Below, one piece after another: positions 1 through 14,638 of a stretch of 64,000 bases of DNA. The position numbers were made by a program, and so were the translations under genes. The notes under the pieces are model-generated. The model was given only the letters and a program-made list of their open reading frames with translations, had not been told where the DNA came from and ran no database searches. Numbering within the stretch: position 1 is the first letter of the stretch; each line of letters begins with the position of its first letter. The DNA comes from Eledone cirrhosa (Eukaryota). The stretch spans positions 342,984,001-343,048,000 of the forward strand of contig OZ024740.1 in NCBI GenBank assembly GCA_964016885.1. The letters are read 5' to 3'.

Positions 1-3000
1 ATTAACTTGAACACTAACTCTAACCTGAAAACTAAGCTAACATTAACCTGAACACTAACATAAACACTAATGCTAACACTAACAGAAATACTAATGCTAA
101 CATTAACGCTAACCTTAACACAAAAACAAAGACTAACGCTAACACAATCACTAACACTAATGGAAACATCAAACACTAATGCTAACAGAGATACTAACAC
201 AAATATTAACACAAAAACAAATACTAACACTAACACAATCTCTAACACTAACCAAAACACTAAAACTAACACTAACATTAACTTGAACACTAACACTAAC
301 CTGAACACTTACACTAAAACTAACACTAACAGAGATACTAACACAAATATTAACACAAAAACAAACACTAACACAATCTCTAACACTAAAACTAACATTA
401 ACTTGAACACTAACACTAACCTTAACACTAAGCTAACATTAACCTGAACACTAACACAAACACTCATGCTAACACTAACAGAAATACTAATGCTAACATT
501 AACACAAAAACAAAGACTAACGCTAACACAATCACTAACACTAATGGAAACATCAATCACTGATGCTAACAGAGATACTAACACAAATATTAACACAAAA
601 ACAAACACTAACACAATCTCTAACACTAACCTTAACACTAAAACTAACATTAACACTAACATAACTTGAACACTAACACTAACCTGAACACTTACACTAA
701 AACTAACATTAACCTAAACACTAGCACTAAAACTAACACTACCATAAACAGTAACACAAACATTAACACTGATCTGAGCACTAACTAACACTAACACTAT
801 CATAAAAACTAACACAAAAAAAAAACACTAACACTAACCTGAACATTAACACTCAAACTAACACGAAAACTGATACTAACCAGAAAACTAAGCTAACATT
901 AACCGCAACACTAAAACAAACACTAACATTAACAGAAAAACAAAGACTAGCACTAACACTAATGGAAACACTAACCAAACATTAACACAAAATAAAACAC
1001 TAACACTAATGGAAAAAATAACACTAACACTAAAACCAACACTACCGTAAACACTAACACTAAAACTGACATTAACACGAACATTAAACTGAACACTAAC
1101 ACAAACACTAACACTAACCTGAACACTAACACTAACAAAAATGCTAACACTAATACAAAATCAAACACTAACACGAACACTAATGGAAAGACTAACACCA
1201 ACGCTGACACTGACGAAGATGGCTATGCTGGCACAAACGCTAGCGCAAATGTTGACACAATCGCTTACGCTGACACAAACACTAACGTGAATACTGATGC
1301 AGGTGCAAAGGCGAATGCCGACAAAGACTCTGACACGCACACTGATGTAAATGCTACACAGACTCTAACGCTGATGTGGACACTGACACAAATGCTCACG
1401 CTGATGCAAACACAAAAGCAAATGCAGACACTAATGCAAACACAGACGCAAATGTTGGTGCAGATGTTAAAGCAAACGCAAATGCTGACGCAAATGATGA
1501 CAGCGATGCTAATGTGAACCTTAACGCAGACGTAAACATTGACGTAGAAGCTAAAGGAAACACTGATGCAAACACTAATGAAAATGCTGACACAGACGCT
1601 AACACAGACGCTAACACACGTTAACACAGATGCTAACGTAAACACTGACACAGATGCTAATATAAACACTGACGCAGACGCTAACATAAACGCTGACACA
1701 GATGCTAACACACGTTGAAACAGACACTAACGTAAACGATGACGCAGACGCTAATGTAAACAATGACGTAGAAGCTAACGTAAACGCTGACACAGACGCA
1801 AATGTAAACGCTGACGCTGATGTAGATGTAAATACAGACGCTGAAACAGATACTGACGTAGAAGCTAACACAAATGCTGACACAGACACTAATGTAAGCG
1901 CTGACGTAGAAGCTAATGTAGATGCTGACGTAGAAGCTAACGCAAACGATGATGTAGATGTTAACGTAGACGCTGATGTAGAAGCTAACGTAGACGCTGA
2001 CGTAGAAGCTAACGTAGATGCTGACGTAGAAGCTAACGTAAACGCTGACGTAGAAGCTAACAAAACGCTGACGTAGTTGTTACGTAGAAGCAGGCGTAGA
2101 AATTAGCGTTTACCCTTACCGCTGAAGCTGATCTCCAAAACGCAATTGCTGATGCGGATTGCTGAAGCCAAAGCCAAGCTAACGCTGACGTAAATGTTGA
2201 GGCAGTTTTGCCGGCGCTGACGTGTATGCTGACGCTAATGCAAATGCTGATACGGACGCTAGGGCTAAGGCTAAAGCTAACGCTGACGCAAATGCTGAAG
2301 TTAACGCTTACATGGGATATGCAGACGCTGCAATGATGCGGACGCCACAGGAAAGGTTGATGGAAACGCCAATGCTAACGGAAAACGCTGACGTAGACGT
2401 TACGGAAACGCTGACGTAGAAGCTAATGTAAACGCTGACACAGACGCTAACGTAAATGCTGACACAGACGCTAACAGAAATGCTGACAAAGACGTTAAAG
2501 GAAACGCTGTTGCAAACGCTAATGCTCATGTGAATGCTGATGCAGATGCTGACGCAAATGCAAACGCTGATGCTAACACTGACTCAAACACTAATGCAAA
2601 TGCTGACGTGCACGCTGATGCAAACGCTGACACTGAGGGAAATGCTGACACTGACACAAGTGCTGACGCAGACGCTAATGATAATGCTGACTCAGAAGCT
2701 GACGTAGACGCAGGCACTGAAACAAACACTAATGCTAACATTAATGTTGACTCAGATGCTAAGGGAAATGTTGACACAATCACTATCACCAATGCAGACG
2801 CTGACGCAAATGCTGACATAGATGCTGACACTTACGCAAACACTAAGGCTAATCCAAACACTAACGCAGATGCTAACACCAGTCTACATAGACACCAACA
2901 CAAAAGCTTACATAGATGCTTATGCAAGTGCTAACACTGATGCAGACTAACGCAAACAGTAACTGTAAGAGTAACAGTTACAGTAACACTAACAGTGACA

Positions 3001-3090
3001 GTAATGCTAACAGTAATACAGTCACTAACAATAAACTTACCATTAATAGTAAAACTTACCCTAACACTAACCCTAAATCTAACATTAATC
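1..3090. repeat. Degenerate hexamer satellite (AACACT at the edges, grading to GACGCT/GCTGAC and 24-nt GTAGAAGCTAACGTAGACGCTGAC units in the centre)
   Basis: 6-nt periodicity throughout; + strand reads as x-N/x-D dipeptides (TNTN..., VEANVDAD...) broken by frameshifts. Confidence 0.85.
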
Positions 3091-4869
3091 CAGAGAAAAA
3101 AGTCTTTTGCAATCACATTTAAGGTCACTCTTTAAGATATAGAAGATAGGCATTACATTTTAATGATTTTAATTTAAAGAGAATCACGCTATACGATGCA
3201 ACACAATAACACACCACACCACACTAACCTACACGACACCAAACCAGATTATACCATACCTTGGTAAATTTAGGACAGGTTTCCATGTTATAACACCAAA
3301 CTAAATCATACCAAACTACACCAAACTAAACCATACCAAACTACACCAAACCAAACCACACCATAACAAACTACACCATGCTATTGAACTCAGAGTGAAA
3401 AATTTTCTTCCTGCTTTTTTTGTCTTTTTTTGTGTGTGTGCTTACCACCCAATCTGACATTAAAAGTGTTCGCAATTAACTATTTTTTGCACATATTATC
3501 AATGAAGACTTTGAAACCTGTTGAAAATGACTAGATTTGTAGAAAAAAGAGGGAGGATGTGGGTGGAAATACCATTTACAAAGCTAGTCATTTTTTATTG
3601 CAGCGGAAGTCATATTTTTTGTTAATATGCTAAAAGCATAGTCCACTGCGAGGTTCTTGGAAGTTAACACATGCAAAAATGAAGAAAAAAATTTTTTTAT
3701 AACATAAATCAAAGTGGAAATTTAAATCCTCACTTATAACAAAGCACACCACAGCACATTAATCTACCTCAATCCACACCATATACTTCACTATATGGTA
3801 AATTTATTACAGAACTCCTACCATTTACATCACATGGACATTGTGACAAATTTGCTACCTGCTTTTATTTTTTTTGTGGTTACCACCTCAAAGTAACATC
3901 AAATGACTATTTTCCCACACATTATCAATGAATATGACATGGGAATCTATCGTTTACAATTGGTTTCCATTTCATAACTTCACCAAACCAAACCACACCA
4001 TACCAAGTTACACCATACTACATCCCACCAAGCTATTGATCTTGGTGTGAAAAATTTTCTTCCCGTTTCCTTTTTTTAAAAAAATATAATCTTCTATACA
4101 CAATCATACACACCCGTGTATATTTATTTATATATATATGTATATATATATATATATAGCTTTTAAGCTATTTTGTAGTATCTCTGTTCAGGAACACACC
4201 ACTTATATTAAATTTATCTCCCTGGAGCTTTGTAAAAGTCTGAGAGATTGGCTACATATATGTTTTATATATTTTTTTTTTGTTTAGATGGAAGACAAAA
4301 CAAAGAAGATGAATACAAAGATGAAGAAGAGAAAGATAAAGATGAATAACCTCACAGCACCGCACTGCACAACACCGCACTGCACAACACCACACTGCAC
4401 CGCACCACAGTACTCCACACCACATAACACCCAAAATTTTTCCCTCATCTTTTTTTCATGTGTTATCAACTAATCCGAACTCCAAGATGTTTGTTATTGA
4501 CTCTCTCTTCATGGAAAACTTAGGTGGATGCACTTCTCTCATTTAACCCCAGAGTTTTCTCTAAGATTTTTTGTATGTTATCAACGAATATGACCTCCAA
4601 ACCAGTTGGAAATGATTAGTTGTTCTAGGAAAAAGGAGGGGTAAAGCAGGTGGAAAAACCATTGTCGTTTTGTAGATATATACCCTAATGATTTTTCTTC
4701 GGTCTCCTTTTGAGTGCTATCAACTAATCTGACCTTTTAGTTGCTCTGAATAAATTTTTTTTTCTGGGATTTGGAAACTAAAACTAAATTAAACATAAAA
4801 TTAAATCTAGCCCCAACCCTAAACTCTAAATCTAAACCAAACAAAGCTAAATCTAAATATAAACATTAC

Positions 4870-5136
4870 TCCAACCCTTAAACTAAACCCTAAACTATAC
4901 CTCAACCATAAAACTAAACCCTAAACATTACCCCAAACCTAAATCTAAACCCTAAACTTTACCCCAAACCTAAAACTAAACCCTAAACTTTACCCCAAAC
5001 CTAAAACTAAACCCTAAATTTACCCCAAACCTAAAACTAAACCCTAAACTTTACCCCAACCCTAAAACTAGACCCTAAACATTACCCCAACCCTAAAACT
5101 AAACCCTAGACATTACCCCAACCCTAAACCTAACCC
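4870..5136. repeat. ~31-bp minisatellite containing CCCTAAA (telomere-like)
   Basis: Unit ccctaaactttaccccaaacctaaaactaaa with starts at 4981, 5012, 5042, 5073. Confidence 0.85.
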
Positions 5137-5697
5137 AGGGAAATAAGTTGATTGGAAGCATCTAGGAGTTCAGATTAATTAATAGCACAGGAAATAGCAT
5201 AGGAAATAGCACAGGAAATTAATAGCACAGGAAATATACCGAAAATGATTAAATCCCACATGTGAGTGGGGTGTAGATCTGCAAAATTCTTCCCCTCTCC
5301 CTCTCCTCTTTCTCCAAAGCTAGTTGTTTTTGACTGGTTTGGAAGTCATATTCACTGATAACGCATGAAAATAGAATCAAAGAGAAAATTCCGAGTTATC
5401 AGGGGCTATCCGGGTGAAGGGGGAACCACCTCACCCCGCCGTTTTTCTGGGGGGAAAAAGTCAGTTTCAAGCATCTTGCAGATTGGATTAGTTGATAGCA
5501 CATGAAAAATAGGATGAAAAAATTTCACATCACATCACACCACATCAAATCACTCCGCACACCATCACATCACACCACGTCTTGTCTCGCCTCGCCTCGC
5601 CTCATTTCACCACGCCATGCCACATTTCATCACATCACATCATATTTCACCACCCCACGCCACACCACTATCTATTCGACTGTTTTCTATTTCGTAG

Positions 5698-5745
5698 GTA
5701 TGTCCAGTTACAGTAAGAGAAAGAAAGTTATTTCAAAGGATCTGA
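5698..5745 (+). other. Candidate 48-nt phase-1 micro-exon (GMSSYSKRKKVISKDL)
   Basis: ttttctatttcgtAG acceptor, GTAAGT donor at 5746, length a multiple of 3, open in phase 1. Confidence 0.35.
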
Positions 5746-6547
5746 GTAAGTAAACACTTCATTGACCATCATTTTAAGCAGAATCTCAGTGTAGTTTTAA
5801 ATTGACCTTTTCATATGATTACACCTCAGTCTTAACTTAATCACCTGTAGATGGATGCTACATGTAATGTTAAAATTAGTTAAACACTGTTTCCCCCTTC
5901 TCATCACATGTGGATGCTACATGTGTATTGTTAACATTAATCTAACGTTGCCCCCCCCCCCCGCCACACCATATCATACCACACCACATCACACCATGTT
6001 GTACCACACCAGACCACATAACATCATGCTATACCATATATATATATATGAGCTCCCCACTCGTTATATTAACTGTATCTCCTCGGTGTTTCGTGAAAGT
6101 CTGAGTGATCAGCTATATATTTGTTTACAATTTTTTTAAATATTTATATGGAAAAGAAGAAAAAGACAACGAAGCAGACGACTAAAATGAAAATGACAAC
6201 AAAGACAAAGAAGACACGGGAAACGAAGATGACGAAAAGAAGAAGAAAGTATGATCTCAGTTCAGTCTAAACCTAATGATTTATAGATATGATTTTAGTT
6301 CAGCCTTAACCTAATGACCTGTAGATACGATCTATTTAGGTTTAACTTAAACATTCAAAGATATTTGTATATACTTTTGTTGATGTTTGACATTGTTTTT
6401 TAGTTATGAAATAGCTTATAAGCTACATTATAGGATCACAGTGCATGAGCACACTGCTCTTTAAATTAACTTTATCTCCTCAGCACTTTGTAAAGTCTGA
6501 GAGATAGGCAACATATATGTTTTACATTCTTTGTTTTTGGTATTTAG

Positions 6548-6680
6548 ATGGCAGAGGAGAAGATAAAGGCACAGAAGAAGTCAAAGGCATAGAAGAAGTC
6601 AAAGGCACAGAAGAAGTCAAAGGCACAGAAGAAAACAAAGGCACAGAAGAAGCCAAAGAAAATGAACAAGAACAATTATT
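6548..6680 (+). other. Candidate acidic repeat exon (KGTEEV-type x5); paralogous decayed copies at 4288 and 6148
   Basis: tttAG|ATGG acceptor preceded by a ~70-bp upstream segment shared by the three copies; 18-nt repeat aaaggcacagaagaagtc. Confidence 0.3.
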
Positions 6681-7079
6681 ATTACTATTATTATTGTTAT
6701 TATTATTTGTATTATTATAATCAAACTAAGCCACACTACATCAACCTATACCATACCACACCACACTGACAAACATTAAACCATAGCACATTATCCAACA
6801 CCACACTACGAAACACTGTACAACCTCACATCAGACCATGCTATGAAACAATATACCATACTACACTATACAACAATAGACAACACCACACAAGACTATG
6901 AAACACTATACTTTACAACACTATATCACACCACTCAAGTTAGAGAGGATCAACTTTTTTCCTGGAAAGTAGAAAACCTAACTTTAAGCTAAAACCGAAC
7001 TTTAAAAATAACACTTACCCTAACACTTGCACTCACACATGCTCTAACACTTGCACTCACACATGCTCTAACAGTGAAC

Positions 7080-7607
7080 TTAGCGCTAACATGAAAACTA
7101 ACGACAAACATAAAATCTGAAAACTAACATTAAATAGAAAACTAACCTGAACACTAACACTAAAACTGACACTAACACTAACCTGAACACCAGCACTAAA
7201 ACTAACACTACCGTAAACGCTAATACAAACACTAACACTAACCTGAACACTTACACTAAAACTAACATTAGCACAAACATTAGCCTGAACACTAGCACTA
7301 AAACTAACACTACGATAAACACTAACACTGACCTGAGCACTAACACTAAAAGTAACACTAACACAAACACTAATCTGAAAACTGATACTAACCAGAAAAC
7401 TAAGCTAACATTAACTTCAACACTAAAACAAACACTAATGCTAACAGAGATACTAACACAAAAACAAACACTAACACAATCTCTAACACTAACCTCAACA
7501 CTAATACTAAAACTAACATTAACTTGAACAGTAACTCTAACCTGAAAACTAAGCTAACACTAACCTGAACACTAACATAAACACTAATGCTAACACTAAC
7601 AGAAATA
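7080..7607. repeat. Second block of the AACACT satellite, partly duplicating positions 1-90
   Basis: 7518-7607 nearly identical to 1-90. Confidence 0.8.
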
Positions 7608-8098
7608 TTACCACCTCAACCTAACATCAAAGGTGCTTGCAAATGACTATTTTCCCACACATTATCAATGAATATGACATGGGAATCTATCGTTTACAAT
7701 TGGTTTCCATTTCATAACTTCACCAAACTAAACCAAACCACACATTACCAAGTTACACCATACTACATCGCACCAGGCTATTGATGTTGGTGTGAAACAT
7801 TTTCTTCCCGTTTCCTTTTTTTTTTAAAGGTGCTCCCAATTGACTATTTTTTTCCACTTATCAATAATTATGACATGGAAACCTGTCGAAAATGACTATC
7901 TTTGTAGAAACTTCACCAAACCACACTATACTACATCACACCAAGATATTGATTTTGGTGTGACAAATTTTCATCTGGCAATTTTTTTATTTTTTTTTGT
8001 GCTTACCACCCAATTTGACATAAATGGTGCTTGCAAATTACTATTTTATGCACATATTATCAATGGTTATGACATGGAACCTTGATGAAAATGACTAG

Positions 8099-8518
8099 CT
8101 TATCGAGCCCTCTTTGGATGTTAGTCTTCAAATTTATTATTATTACTATTTGGCTCCCTTGATTGAGTACTCGATTGACTTATATTCATCATGCAGAAAC
8201 ATCTGAATATTTCTACAAAGAACATACCCGTACCAAGAAGGAAGAAATACCTAAAATACGTCTCCACGAACCAAAGTATTGCCTTCCTGTCTTCCTTCGG
8301 TTGCAACGTTTTTCGAAATATTTACTTCTGCGTTCACAGATTAATTTTTTTTTTAGTTTCAGAAGATCCATTCAGGGTGAAAGCAGTCGATTCTTTGCTT
8401 AAACTTTAATCTGTTATTTTAATAAATATTTGCTCTACAGTTCTTATATATTTGATATATATTTATCCTTATCGAGCCCTCTTTGGATTTTAGTCTTCAT
8501 ATGTATTATTATTACTAT
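8099..8518 (+). mobile_element. PLE-type terminal-repeat fragment with ~50-bp terminal redundancy; family also at 12729-13340 (-), 15865-16470 (-), 52310-52430 (+)
   Basis: cttatcgagccctctttgga...ttattattactat present at both ends; contains a hammerhead-like motif; copies abut (TA)n. Confidence 0.6.
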
Positions 8519-8558
8519 ATATATGTATGTGTGTATGTATATATTAGTTTATATATGG

Positions 8559-8595
<37 letters not shown>

Positions 8596-8600
8596 CATAT

Positions 8601-8961
8601 TGAGAGCATTGGCCTTGCAATCGAAAGGTTGTGAGTTCAATTCTCACACCGGGTGATTTGTTTCCTTGAGCAAGACACTTTATTTCACATTGCTCCAGTT
8701 TACTCAGCTGTAGAAATGAGATGATAGGACTGGGGTCCCTATCATTCCACTGCAAAGTGGTCGTGGAGGTGCAACGGCAAAAAAGCACCCAGCCCACACT
8801 GTAAAGTGGATGTGGAGGTGCCACGGGAAAAAAACACCCAGCACTCACTGTAAATGAGGTTGGTGTTATGAAGGGCATCCAGCTGTAGAAATCAAGCCAG
8901 AATCAGTTCCCGTCCCACCCTTGCAAGCAGGGAAAAAGTGGACGTAAAATGAAATGATGAT
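8601..8961 (+). mobile_element. tRNA-derived SINE, family 1
   Basis: B-box-like gagttcaattct, core ccttgagcaagacactttatttcac, tail ggaagggcatccagctgtagaaa; near-identical to 43502-43819. Confidence 0.75.
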
Positions 8962-8962
8962 A

Positions 8963-9296
8963 AATGCTCCCAGCTGTGGTCACCCCATAGTATCAAACTA
9001 ACCATGGAGCTTGAAGCAATCCAATGAAGCTACACCAAGAAGGTTGCCACGATGAAGGAGATAAACTACTGGGAGAGTCTAAAAGAACTGAAACTCTACT
9101 CCTCGGAATGAAGATGGGAGAGATATGCAATGATATACATATGGAAAATCCTGCGGGGACTAAGACCAAACTTTCGCATTGAGAGCTGGACCAATTCTCG
9201 AACAGGACGTCACTGTGTGGTACCAAAGATCCCGTCTTCCACATCTAGAATCAGGAGCAGCTATTGCAATAGCCTGGGGTTCAAAGGCCCTCAACT
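8963..9296 (+). mobile_element. CR1-group LINE 3' ORF fragment (degenerate)
   Basis: IYIWKILRGLRPNF...GRHCVVPKIP...LGFKGPQL; homologous to 30733-31270. Confidence 0.75.
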
Positions 9297-9369
9297 TGGT
9301 TTTCAAAATTTAAATTTGTGTTTCCTATTCATCAATGCTTCAAGCAAGCTATAAAACTCTGTTATATTT

Positions 9370-9722
9370 CATCATCATCATTTTATGTCAGTTCTTCTAC
9401 ACTAGCATGGGTTGTCCTGTTGTGGGCAGTGTCTGGTCGGCTGACCTTGTCTTGCTCATATGGGAACTGATTCTGTCTTGATTTCTACAGCTGGATGCCC
9501 TTCCTAACACCAACCTCATTTACAGTGAGTGCTGGGTGTTTTTTTTTTTTTTGCCGTGGCACCTCCACGACCACCTTGCAGTGGAATGATAGGGACCCCA
9601 GTCCTATCATCTCATTTCTACAGCGGAGTAAACTGGAGCAATGTGAAATAAAGTGTCTTGCTCAAGGAAACAACACATCACCCGGTCCGAGAATTAAACT
9701 CACAACCTTTCAATTGCAAGCC
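9370..9722 (-). mobile_element. SINE family 1, inverted copy (further partial copy 9735-9930)
   Basis: Reverse complement of 8601-8961. Confidence 0.75.
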
Positions 9723-10019
9723 CATCTATTGTTGGCAATGTTAGGTCAGGTGACCATGTCTTGCTCATAAAGAACTGATTTTGGCTTGGTTTCTACAGCT
9801 GGATGCCCTTCCTAATGCCAAGCTCATTTACAGTGAGTACTGGGTGTTTTTTGTTGTGATTCCTCCACGACTACTTTACAGTGTGGACTGGGTGTTTTTT
9901 ACCGTGTCATCATCACGACCACTTTACAGTGTTTCGGCCTGTTCTCATGAAAGATATATTGGCGGGTGGGATGGAGTGGTGCATACTGTATGTATGTTTC
10001 AGTCTTGGCCTGGGCCCGT

Positions 10020-10710
10020 GGGAAGTTGGGGTTTCTGTATTACCTCATAACGCCAGAGATCTTGGTCCTGTGTCATTGCCTTTCAGAGGTGCAATTGGGC
10101 AAGGTCGGCTTTTATCACTTCATCTCAAGTCTTTCTGGGACTTTATGTAGCTGTCATCCTTCATACGAATCACATGTCCATACCAACATAATCTCCTCTC
10201 CTGCACACAACATTTGATTCCTCTTATGCCTAGTTTCTCTTTCAGTTTGTTTATGCTTTGCTGTTCGCGTATATTACTATTACACATCCGTCGGAGCATA
10301 CAAGCTCATTCCTTTCTAATCTACGCAAGTCTTCTACACACAGCGCCCAGCTCTCACTACCATGCTACATTGCCGTTCATATGCACACATCATACAGTCT
10401 ACCTTTTATTCTGAGAGAAAAGCCTTTTGTATCCAGCTGTGGCAGTAGCTCCCTCAACTTCTTCCATCCCGTTCTTTCAGAACACCCCCCTCTGCTGCTA
10501 ATTCGGTATTGTTTTTACCAAGTCCTCCCAGACTTTGATGTCACTTGTTTTCAGTGATTGTTTGCTGCTTACTGTCCTGGTGCAACTGCTACATGTAAAG
10601 CCTACATTCTTAACTAAACTTCCTGAGATCCCACTACATCTCTTGTGTACCCATAGTTTGCATATGGGGCAGAGGATGGAGTGTCTACCTACACCTCTCC
10701 TACATAATGA
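10020..10710 (-). mobile_element. RTE-clade LINE fragment
   Basis: CRRGVGRHSILCPICKLWVHKRCSGI...FTCSSC motif and downstream RT C-terminal remnants; homologous to 47570-48060. Confidence 0.7.
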
Positions 10711-10759
10711 GCACACACACACACACATATATATATACACACACTCATATATATATATA

Positions 10760-12066
10760 TACTAGCCGAATTACCAGCGCCTTGCTGCGTTTCACTCATT
10801 TTTTTTGTAAGAAAATGATGATTGATTTTAAATCAGTGATATAATTTATGGAGAAAAACTCAATATTACTCAATGTAAAATATAATGCATGAAAAATTGG
10901 AAAACATCATTTTTTGTAATATATCAAATCAAAATTGCATTATTAAATCTTATTCTTATTTTGTTTCTTGTAAATAATTTTTTTCAAAATATCAATTGAA
11001 AACTTTTGTGAATAGGCATCATATTTTGTCATTTACCTATGGTTTAAGTTTCATATAAATCGAAAGGGAAAAGTTTTCAGCGGGGGTTTGTACCCCCGGG
11101 GAACCCTAATAGAGGGTTTAACCACCATTAAGGTGTCTTATAGTATTGAAATTTTGTGAATAGGCATCATATCTCTTCATTTATCTATGGTTTAAATTGC
11201 ATATAAATCATACCAAAATAATTTTCAGCAGGGATTTTGTGCCCCCTGTTTAACCCCCATTAGGGTATTGTAATTTTATTGAAATTTGCTGAAATCATGT
11301 GAATAGGCATCATATATTGTCGTTTACCTATGGTTTAAATTGCATATAAATCGAAGGGAAAACATTTTCAGCAGGGGTTGTGCCACCGGTGAACCCTAAT
11401 AGGGGGTTTAACCCCCATTAGGGTATTTTAATTTTATTGAAATTTGCTGAAATTTTGTGAATAGGCATCATATCTTGTCATTTACCTATGGTTTAAATTT
11501 CATATAAATCGAAGGTAAAGTTTCAGCGGCGGTTTTGTGCCCCCGATGAACCATTTGATTAAAATGAAATATACTTATACAAGTACCCTGGGCAATGTAG
11601 TTTCAGAATATATATGGTTATGGGGGTCTATCGCCAAAACCATAGTAGGAGTTCGTAAAATCTTGTTCCATTTATTGATTTTTCACTGCTCCTTCGTTGA
11701 GCTGATTTTAGCCCCATACAAACGGCTGTTATTTCTAGCAGCACGAGTATGTGGCTAGCTAGACACTGGATAACCGCATGAGGTTACCTCGTGCGCTAAA
11801 CAGTCTTCCTAAATATTTTGAAGTGGAACATACCAATTTTTATAGTGCTTGCTGAGGAGATCAAAATGCGGTATTTTCTTCCACTTTTTCATTATTCGAA
11901 ACATATTTGGATTTTAAGGTTTAAACCTGTCTACGGAACAGGTTTGATTTTGAAATTTAAATTTGTCCAAGCACTACGGCCATTGCCAATACAATTTGTT
12001 TTTGTTGATTTATGATGTATTATCTTAAGTCATGATAGGCAAACTGTAATATTATTATTAGTATAT
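10760..12066 (-). mobile_element. Non-autonomous Helitron-like element with ~150-bp internal tandem repeat (x4)
   Basis: CTAGT 3' end on the minus strand at 10761 with an adjacent GC-rich stem; tgtgaataggcatcatat recurs at 11007, 11156, 11298, 11456. Confidence 0.5.
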
Positions 12067-12162
12067 TTCTATCTAGCTAACTTGGTCATTTACAATACAA
12101 ACATAAATATGAGGATATTTGTGTTTATCAAATATATTGATTTGTGTTAACCTATATATTAC

Positions 12163-12259
<97 letters not shown>

Positions 12260-12296
12260 CACACATATATATATATATATACACATATATATATAT

Positions 12297-12453
<157 letters not shown>

Positions 12454-12474
12454 CACATATACATATATATATAT

Positions 12475-12535
<61 letters not shown>

Positions 12536-12550
12536 CATATATATATACAC

Positions 12551-12581
<31 letters not shown>

Positions 12582-12596
12582 CATATATATTCACAC

Positions 12597-12629
<33 letters not shown>

Positions 12630-12654
12630 CATATATATACATATATATATATAT

Positions 12655-12705
<51 letters not shown>

Positions 12706-12728
12706 TACATATATATATACACATATAT

Positions 12729-13340
12729 AGTAATAATAATAAAATTGAAGACTAAAATCCAAAGAGGGCTCGATAAGGAAAATATATATCAAATATATAA
12801 GAACCGTAGAGCAAATATTTATTAAAATAACAGATTAAAGTTTAAGCAAAGAATCGCTGCTTTCTCCCTTAACGGGATCTTCTGAAACTAACAAAGTCAA
12901 TCTGTAAACGCAGAACTGGATATTTAAAAAAACGTTGCAACCGGAGGAAGACAGGAAGACGATACTTTGGTTCGTGGTAACGTTCGCTGGCAAAGAACGG
13001 GAAAAAACGAATAATACGTCCTTAATAGGAGCGGTGAAAAACAATTACGCGCAAAGACAAAACCACGTTTATGGTATAAAAGAGGTCGTAGACTAATGTT
13101 CTCTTAGGTGGTGCATAGAGACGTTCTCTGGCAATGAACGAAAAAACGAAGATAATAAGTCATATGTGGAGCGTGGAGAACAATAGCACGCAAAGACAAA
13201 ACCACGTAAATGGTATAGCAGGAATTGTAGACATAAAATTCTAACTAGGAGACCAAATGAATCTCCGCTACAGAGTTAAGAACAAAGTAAATAAATACAA
13301 TACAGAAGTAATAGGAACAAATAAATACATACACGCAAAC
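12729..13340 (-). mobile_element. PLE-type terminal-repeat copy, direct repeat of 15865-16470
   Basis: Near-identical ~600-bp copies, both starting exactly at a (TA)n edge (tagtaataataataaaattgaagac). Confidence 0.7.
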
Positions 13341-13364
13341 AGATGCTTAAACTTTAATAAATAT

Positions 13365-13403
<39 letters not shown>

Positions 13404-13791
13404 GTATATATATATATATATATAGTATATATATATATATATATAGATATATATGATATATATTATATATATATATATAAGTAGTAGTATACAATGTAGA
13501 GTGTCATATATGATTCACAGTATAGTATATACATGTGTGTAGTATTGTGTGTGTGAGTACTGAGTGTGAGTAGTAGTGTGTGTGTGTGTGGGATATATAG
13601 TGAGTGATAGTATATAGTAGAGTATATGTGTATAGTATATAGTATTAGATATTGATTATACAGTGAGTATATGATCGAGTCAGTGATATATATAGAGTAC
13701 ACTATATTATTATATACTCATATTATATATATATACACATATATATATACACATATATATATATATATACACAGATATATATATATTACAC

Positions 13792-13832
<41 letters not shown>

Positions 13833-14009
13833 TATATACACATATATATATATTAGACACATATATATATACACATATATATATATAATATCACATATAT
13901 ATATATATATACATATATATATACACACATATATATATATATACTATATATATATACACATATATATATATATACATATATATATACATATATATATATA
14001 TATACACAC

Positions 14010-14051
<42 letters not shown>

Positions 14052-14285
14052 AATATATATATATATATATACATATATATTATACATATATATATATATA
14101 TATACATATATATATACATATATATATATATATTCATATATATATACATATATATATATATATACATATATATACTCATATATTATATATATATATATAT
14201 ACTATATATATATATTATATACATATATATACACATATATATATAATTACACATATTATATATATATATATACATATATATACAC

Positions 14286-14344
<59 letters not shown>

Positions 14345-14427
14345 CCTATATATATATATATACACATATATACACACACATATATACACACATATATATA
14401 TATATACACATATATATATATATATAT

Positions 14428-14469
<42 letters not shown>

Positions 14470-14526
14470 TATATAGTATATATATACACCACATATATAT
14501 ATATATATATATACACACACATATAT

Positions 14527-14638
<112 letters not shown>

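Noticed and set aside
13480-13720. Irregular sequence within the TA tract
   Set aside because: Looks like low-quality consensus of a microsatellite, not a distinct element
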